Below are positions 37,380 to 43,310 of a DNA stretch of 43,310 nucleotides, one piece after another; the first letter of the stretch is position 1, and each line of letters begins with the position of its first letter. This stretch comes from Diploschistes diacapsis (lineage: Eukaryota), in NCBI GenBank assembly GCA_023645945.1, contig JALAIB010000037.1, positions 1 to 43,310 on the forward strand, read 5' to 3'. The position numbers and the translations under genes are program-made. Below the pieces are notes generated by a model. The model did not search any database and was not told where the DNA came from. It saw nothing but the letters and a program-made list of their open reading frames with translations.

Positions 37380-40300
37380 ATGCTTAAGACTATCTTAAAG
37401 CAAGGAGATAGGCTGGCGATGAGCAGCAGATTAGGATGAAAGAAATTTTCCAGGAGTACAAGTCAAAAGAATTCAAGCGGCCTGCAAGAATATCTTTCGG
37501 TATATGAGACGCTTAGGTCTTTGCTTGTGCTGGTTACTATTCCCGATCTAGTGGAAGTTTGCTGCATCGGGAGCGACATCGTCTGATAGCCCCCTTCCCA
37601 AATTGGCTAATTCACAAGCACATGGTCCGACCCTTAGCAAACACCCCTAAGAAATCAGCACCAACCACTTGCGAACACGCCTAGGAAGGCTCACGCCCTA
37701 CCGCTATCCTTCTCAGGAACCGCCGGCGACACTCTCCTGAAGAAGACGATGAGCCTCTGCCACAGTTCTCGGTGCTCGCCATAAACCGTCTACCACAACC
37801 CCGAAGAAAGCAATTCAACGCCACCATGCACGCACAAGCAGCTCCAGACAGCTCAACACCCTGCACAGTTCCGCCAGCAATCTTCTAACTTTCTTCGATC
37901 GTCTACACTACTCCCGGCAGACTGACTTTCCTCGACTCTCTATTACTTCTGACCCTAGAAAATCCCTCGCTCGAAGTCCTTACCGCCATTCCTAGGAGAC
38001 CATCTTTCCTCTTCTCAACAGCTTAAGATTGAGCCAAGAGAGGCTGCTTGGTCAGTACAGGGGCTTGTCTCTCCCTCTCAGTAATTCAGCAGCTGCAGCA
38101 ACCAGAGTCTCCTTTATATACTATCAGAAACAGCCAATTCAACACTCCTTCCAAGTCCTTCGCCACAACCTCCAGCTTCACATCCTACTACTCTCCAATC
38201 AAACAAGCAGAGGCCAGGTCGAAATTTGCCCGCCCAAGCGCTCACCGTGCTCTCGTCAATTCCCTTTTGCAAGCGTCCGAATACTACAGTTGCGGTCAAG
38301 GTCTATATAAATGAGGAATAAGAGTCTACGGCGTTCCCGGGATATGGTATCGACTGGTGCTTTGCTTCCTGTTGCCGAGAGAAGAAGAGCAAATCGACAG
38401 GCTGTCTCTTCCGCTTGAGGATGACATCAAGATGCCAGGTGCCACAACCGGCGGCGTGCTTTCCCTCCCCGGCAGCGCTGCAATACCGAACAACAGGCAG
38501 GGCGAGTAGGTTCCAACAAACATTCAGTGGTGCCGGTTTGTCTCTCAAGCCACGCAGGGCGTTCAGGAGCTAGCTGTCTGGCTTTCTACAACCACACAGA
38601 ACTCCGCGTCAAAGGCGTTCCCTTCTCTTCTCCCACCAACAACGACTTGCGATTATGCGAGGAAAAGAAGCTGATTATAGCACCGAAAAGGAGCCGGTTA
38701 CCAAAAAGAACTCGATCTTAGGCGGGTGCGTCTGTTGTACTCGCAACGCTCGACAGGTGAAAGCAACAGAAGCAATGGCTACAGATGCCACTGTAATGAG
38801 AGAGGCACCAACAATGTGAACTACATCAGGGAACGAAAACCAACCACAACATGCCAGCACCGCTATAAGCCCAGAGGCTCTTCCCTAAAACCCCGATTCA
38901 CGAATGGAAGTGACGACGATGACGAGGATCCTGGCTTCATATCCATCAGCAGAGCAGGCTCCCGGGGCAATAAGCAGAATATATAAAGGAGAGAAAGCCG
39001 GCTACAACACACGGTCAGCAAAGTCACAGGCGTGTGCATATACCGCGTGGGCCTTATCCTGCACCGGAACGGAACGCAATGAAACGAACGCATCGGTTAC
39101 GGGCTTCACAGGCACCAGTTGCCAAAGCACGGCAGCCAGACCGGAGGTCAGGGACGAGAGTGGAGTGCAACAAATCCAGCAACCGTGACAGTGGCAGGTT
39201 CGCGGATTGCACTCACTATACAGCCCCCTTTCGTGAATGGAGCAGATGTGGGATAAAGGCATCCAGGCTCCACAGCAGACTCTGTGCACGACAACCAGGC
39301 ACATCTACACAGCATCAAGGCTTTGCTGGAAGCATCCCCATGAAGTGGATTACATCAGGAACCACTCGGCTCCACCCCACAACACTTGCTCTGGGGGAAG
39401 CCAATCCAGACGCTTGGGATCCACCCTACAATATATACAAGCCCGTAGTGCTACTAGTCGGATTCTGCTGCAAGCACAGAAAACAAAGAGCCAGGCCTCG
39501 CACCCAGCCGTGACGTGCACATTGTCAGAGCATAAGCAGGAGCCATGCGTATGGAGAACCCAGCGCTACACCACCTCCCCTTCGCTACAGCCGCTAAGTT
39601 ATTATGCTACAAAGCTACTATATAGACAAAATGGAAGAACATACTACTATTTCACAGCCACGCAGAGCGTTATAGTGACCAGATACGACCTCCAGATATC
39701 CTAGGAAAGCGCTGCATCACCTCGACACATGGGTTACAGTATCATGGTAAGCCCGTAGATGCGATTCGCTATCTTAGACCAGGGCTGTTGCGGTCGCTGG
39801 CTTGGGGGGATGTGCGGACGAGATATGAGCAAGTATGGAAGTAGGAGGGTTTGGGTGGTTTTTGGGACTGGGATTGGGAGGGAATATTGGGTAGAGGTTT
39901 TGGGAGGAAGGTGCCGGTGCTTTGGGGTAGATGTTGCGGTTGAGGGAGGCCGCAGTGATATATGATTGCCTAAACGGGCATTGCAAGCAAAACAATGGAT
40001 TGCGCGGTAGTTATGTTTTGCGATGTCCATGGAAGTAGGTCAGTAGCTTAATATAGCATGGTATCTTAGGATGTCCGAATTTCAGGCGATAGCATAGTAA
40101 TGCACGAAATGAGAGAGCGTGGAATTGAATACTGCTACCGACATCTTCTATTGTAAAAGCGTACAATGATAAGCAATATCTAACAAAAGGATAGAATGCC
40201 CGAGGATTTTATTTCCAAGACGGCTGTCCACAATAAGAGCCTGAAAACAGTCACGCCAAGACCAGTAACCCTGACCCGTAGCCCTGGCCTGACGCCCCTT

Positions 40301-40522
40301 TTGGCCTCCCATTTATCTACTAACAAATTCTACATAACCTGACCGATGCCCCAATTCAAATTTCGCCCTTTTTGCTCTTTCTCTCTTCCTAACTCATGCT
40401 TTCTGGTCGTATTTTAATACTTAAATCTCGCACCTTTCCTTCAGCCTCGCCACGTCACGCGCAGCGCACCAAACGCCCTTTCTTGGCACACCTTAACACC
40501 TCAACCATCCCATTGGATAGAC

Positions 40523-41033
40523 ATGAGTGACGCCCCTCCGACCACACCAACTATGTCGACCAACTATCAAGAATGTGATTTTGGACCGGACGTGGAGGAG
40601 ATCGATAGTTGGCTGAGAATGCTGGACCAGATGGAGAATGACGAGCCTGATCCGTTCCTTTCTGCACATAGCGTGCAGGAAAGGGGCGGAGGGCTTCGGT
40701 AAGCTTTTTTTTTTACTGGCTAATGTAGTCGTGCACAGCATTCCCGCTAGCCAAACTCCGCAAACAACCCACCTCACACCAGGTCCTCACATTAACCAGT
40801 CTGTCGGTATCCACGATACCAAGGCGCGTGTGCCTTGTCTAGACTGCGAGAGGACCTTTGGCCGCAGATCCGAGATGCTGCGCCATGCGCGTAAGCACAA
40901 TGAGGCGCTTGCCAGATCCTTCAAGTGTCCGATCCCGTCCTGCAGCAAGGGATTTCCGAGGAAGGATAAGCTCACGGCCCACATGAAGTCCATGCACGGA
41001 CCCGAGGTGAAGGGTTTGGTTGCTGCGGAGTAA
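40523..41033 (+). CDS. Small protein with two C2H2 zinc fingers; 2 exons (40523-40698, 40739-41033), 156 aa
   Basis: ATG 40523 and an acidic N-terminus. A 40-nt intron (GTAAGC...GCTAAT...CAG) joins in frame to CLDCERTFGRRSEMLRHARKH and CPIPSCSKGFPRKDKLTAHMKSMH. Confidence 0.85.
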
Positions 41034-41306
41034 ATGTCTCCGTACCTCCGAATGAGGGGAGCGGTTGAGGTGCGATTGATGTGGTTTAGTGAATGGTGGA
41101 CTAGAATGATCAACTGCTTTAGGAGGCTATTTCTTCTTTCGGTGTTGGGGTAGATGGACTGATTTCAGTTTTATTGGCACAGAGAACTCCAAACCCAGAT
41201 TGTACTGTGTCATGAAAGCTTTTGAACATACGCATTGTTGGTCATAGACTGGCAATAATCACCACTATACAAAATAGTAGGGTAGTTGATGCCGCCTAAT
41301 AGAACC

Positions 41307-42653
41307 CTAAACCTTCGCGTGGACGGCGAATCCCACCATAGAGATCCTCGTAGCAGCAGCAAAGATAGCCGCAAGCGTGACCAGAGCTGCACAAAATGAC
41401 TGCAGCGCCAAGTACCCGGACGAGGTGCCGAGAACTGCGCCTGCAACAGGATTGCCAATAAGGATGCCGAGTCCCCCAACGGAAAATACCATACCCATGC
41501 GAGCTCCGATCTTATTCAATGAGGGCGACAGGGAGGCTACGATAGGTGGAGGCATCGACACAAAGCATCCTGTGAAGAATCCATAAAGAATGCTCCAAAT
41601 GATCATCCCAGCTGTGTTTGTATCTGCGATCCAGAACCAAGCCAAGACCGTTGCTGCTGTGATGCAAGGAACCATGATGTTCAGACAGCCAAAGATGTCT
41701 CCTAATAGATTCGGAATTATGCGTCCAAAGGTAGATGCAGCGCTCATTATCGCAATGTAATAGAAGGCCAGGTCGGTGGCAGACGGATCGATGACGTCGA
41801 TGTAACTCGGTACGTAGAAGAATGGGATATACACTCCAGCAAAGCCAAAAAACATGGTAAGGCAGAAGAATGTGTATGGAGGCTCCTTGAAGGCTGCTAG
41901 ATCTATTAATTGGCGGCGGTGCTTGTTGCTGGGTTTCCGGACGCGGAGCAAAGTCAGAGAGATTGCGAGCGTTACCAGCATTACAAAGCCCCAGATACGA
42001 GTAGCCCAAGGAAAGCCGAGCTCGGGTATCAGGCGATTGAACATGATGGGATATATTACGGCGCCAATTGAGCTGCCGGCTGCTGCAAATCCTTGAGCTT
42101 GGCCCTTCTTAGTGGAGAAGTGTAACGGGAGGAGTGCGGAGCTGGGAACGAGAAGTAATCCAGCCCCGGTGCCTACGCAGATTCCCTGAGCTAGCATTAC
42201 TTGCCAATACTGGGTGCAGAGGCTCAGCATCATCATGCCGAAGACAACGAAGAATGTCCCGGACCACAACATATGGTAGAGATAGCCGGCATCGAAGAGC
42301 GGACCCGTGAACGCACCCAATATCAAAACGATGAATGCTTGGGTTGACCCTATCCACGAGATATCCGAATCAGACTTGTTCGATAAAAGATCGGCTGCGT
42401 AGTATGACTGAAAGACTCCAAAGGAGTTGATTGTACCCCTACAGATGACACGTTAGCGCTAGATATCTCGCACAAGATAGGCTTGGGTACCGTACCATGT
42501 ATTCAGGATCAAGAAAAAGGAGCCGCCAACTTGGGACCAAGCCTTCAAGCCGCCATTCGGTATCTCAGGAGCAGCCTCTTTGATGGATTCCGCCAGTTGA
42601 GTCTCTCCGAGCTCACTCATTTCCCTAAGCGCGTCATCTTCCGGGAGCACCAT
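41307..42653 (-). CDS. MFS transporter, monocarboxylate porter (Mch/Mct-like) family; 2 exons (42653-42496, 42438-41307), 429 aa
   Basis: PNGGLKAWSQVGGSF..NTWGTINSFGVFQSYY, ISWIGSTQ, GPLFDAGY, YWQVMLAQG, GFPWATR, FGRIIPN, IGARMGM, with multiple hydrophobic helices. 57-nt GT-AG intron. Confidence 0.93.
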
Positions 42654-43310
42654 AGTAACACACAGCGAACGATAGTAAACCGAGTATATGCCGATAGAGA
42701 AAATCGCTTGGCTAGTGGTACGCCACGTACTGCTACTCTTGTTACAGGTGCACAATCCCAAGTAGACTCGAGACTCAAGATATCAAAGACAAAGCTCCAG
42801 ACAAGTCGGACATGTACTCATAGTTATATAATATAGAAAGTATGATTAGATTATCACCAAACCACAGAAAAGCACGCAATGCGCCAAAAATCCAACGAGC
42901 GTCGCGAATTGCCTCCTTAAGCAAGTGCTTGGAAACATTGAGCGAGTCCATCGCCATTTGTAAGCCCTGCGCATGGGTGGAGACGCCTCGTGAAAATTTC
43001 AAATAAACCGTTGCCGATAACCCCTCAAAGGTGCTCAGATCGCTTATGAAATCTGCATGACTTCGCGACAACGTGCCTGATGGAGATTTGCGTGCACTGC
43101 GCTTGACAGATGCTCACTGACTGCATGAAGTGAGTAAAGAAAATGTACGATTCGAGCAGCTGATGTAAGCAAAATCTTGGCATTGATCTTCCTCGGCGGA
43201 ATTCAATTCCGCCCAAACTCCGCCGCCCCCATTCCAAATCAATTCGCATCCCAAACCCCTCCCAGCTTACCAGCTTACAAATCAAACCATGCCTTCCGAC
43301 CCAGTTCCAC

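Larger units (their letters stand above)
23755..37508 (+). other. Domain of dispersed, co-oriented TATATGA[C/G] motifs
   Basis: TATATGA starts at 23755, 23840, 24145, 24750, 25154, 26425, 26924, 27850, 29677, 30997, 32337, 33289, 34075, 34830, 35199, 35719, 36932 and 37501. One reverse copy at 24426. One copy elsewhere in the window (39959). Manual count. Confidence 0.8.

Noticed and set aside
37167..37439. ORF with a poly-lysine run
   Set aside because: An artefact of the (AAG)13 microsatellite; no other coding signal.
22700..40500. Starship or other giant transposon, LTR element, or classic RIP-degraded repeat
   Set aside because: No tyrosine recombinase, transposase, RT or integrase motif, terminal repeat or target duplication was recognised, and the block is not extremely AT-rich. 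A very old element cannot be excluded.

Overview
Fungal genomic DNA (filamentous ascomycete, inferred from short GT-AG introns with CTAAC/CTGAC-type branch sites and from gene content). Seven intact intron-containing genes can be assembled by hand: a conserved hypothetical protein (-), a Tyr-type DAHP synthase (+), a secreted protein of unknown function (+), TOR kinase (-), a YAT-family amino acid permease (-), a small two-finger C2H2 protein (+) and an MFS monocarboxylate-family transporter (-). Between them lie decayed genes: an HNH-domain pseudogene, a probable HeLo-like/kinase-like pseudogene and a fragmented NACHT-ankyrin-ZZ (fungal NLR) fossil. The main unexplained signal is in the long stretch with no intact gene (~22.7-40.5 kb). 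Between 23.7 and 37.5 kb the heptamer TATATGA occurs 18 times on the + strand (16 as TATATGA[C/G]) and once on the - strand, against one copy in the other ~29.5 kb (manual count). Some copies sit inside the pseudogene remnants. The same block holds an 8-copy ~32-bp degenerate tandem array. This could be a functional non-coding domain (candidate regional centromere or motif-bearing lncRNA), but that is inference and needs testing. All counts and motif matches were made by eye; no database searches were run.
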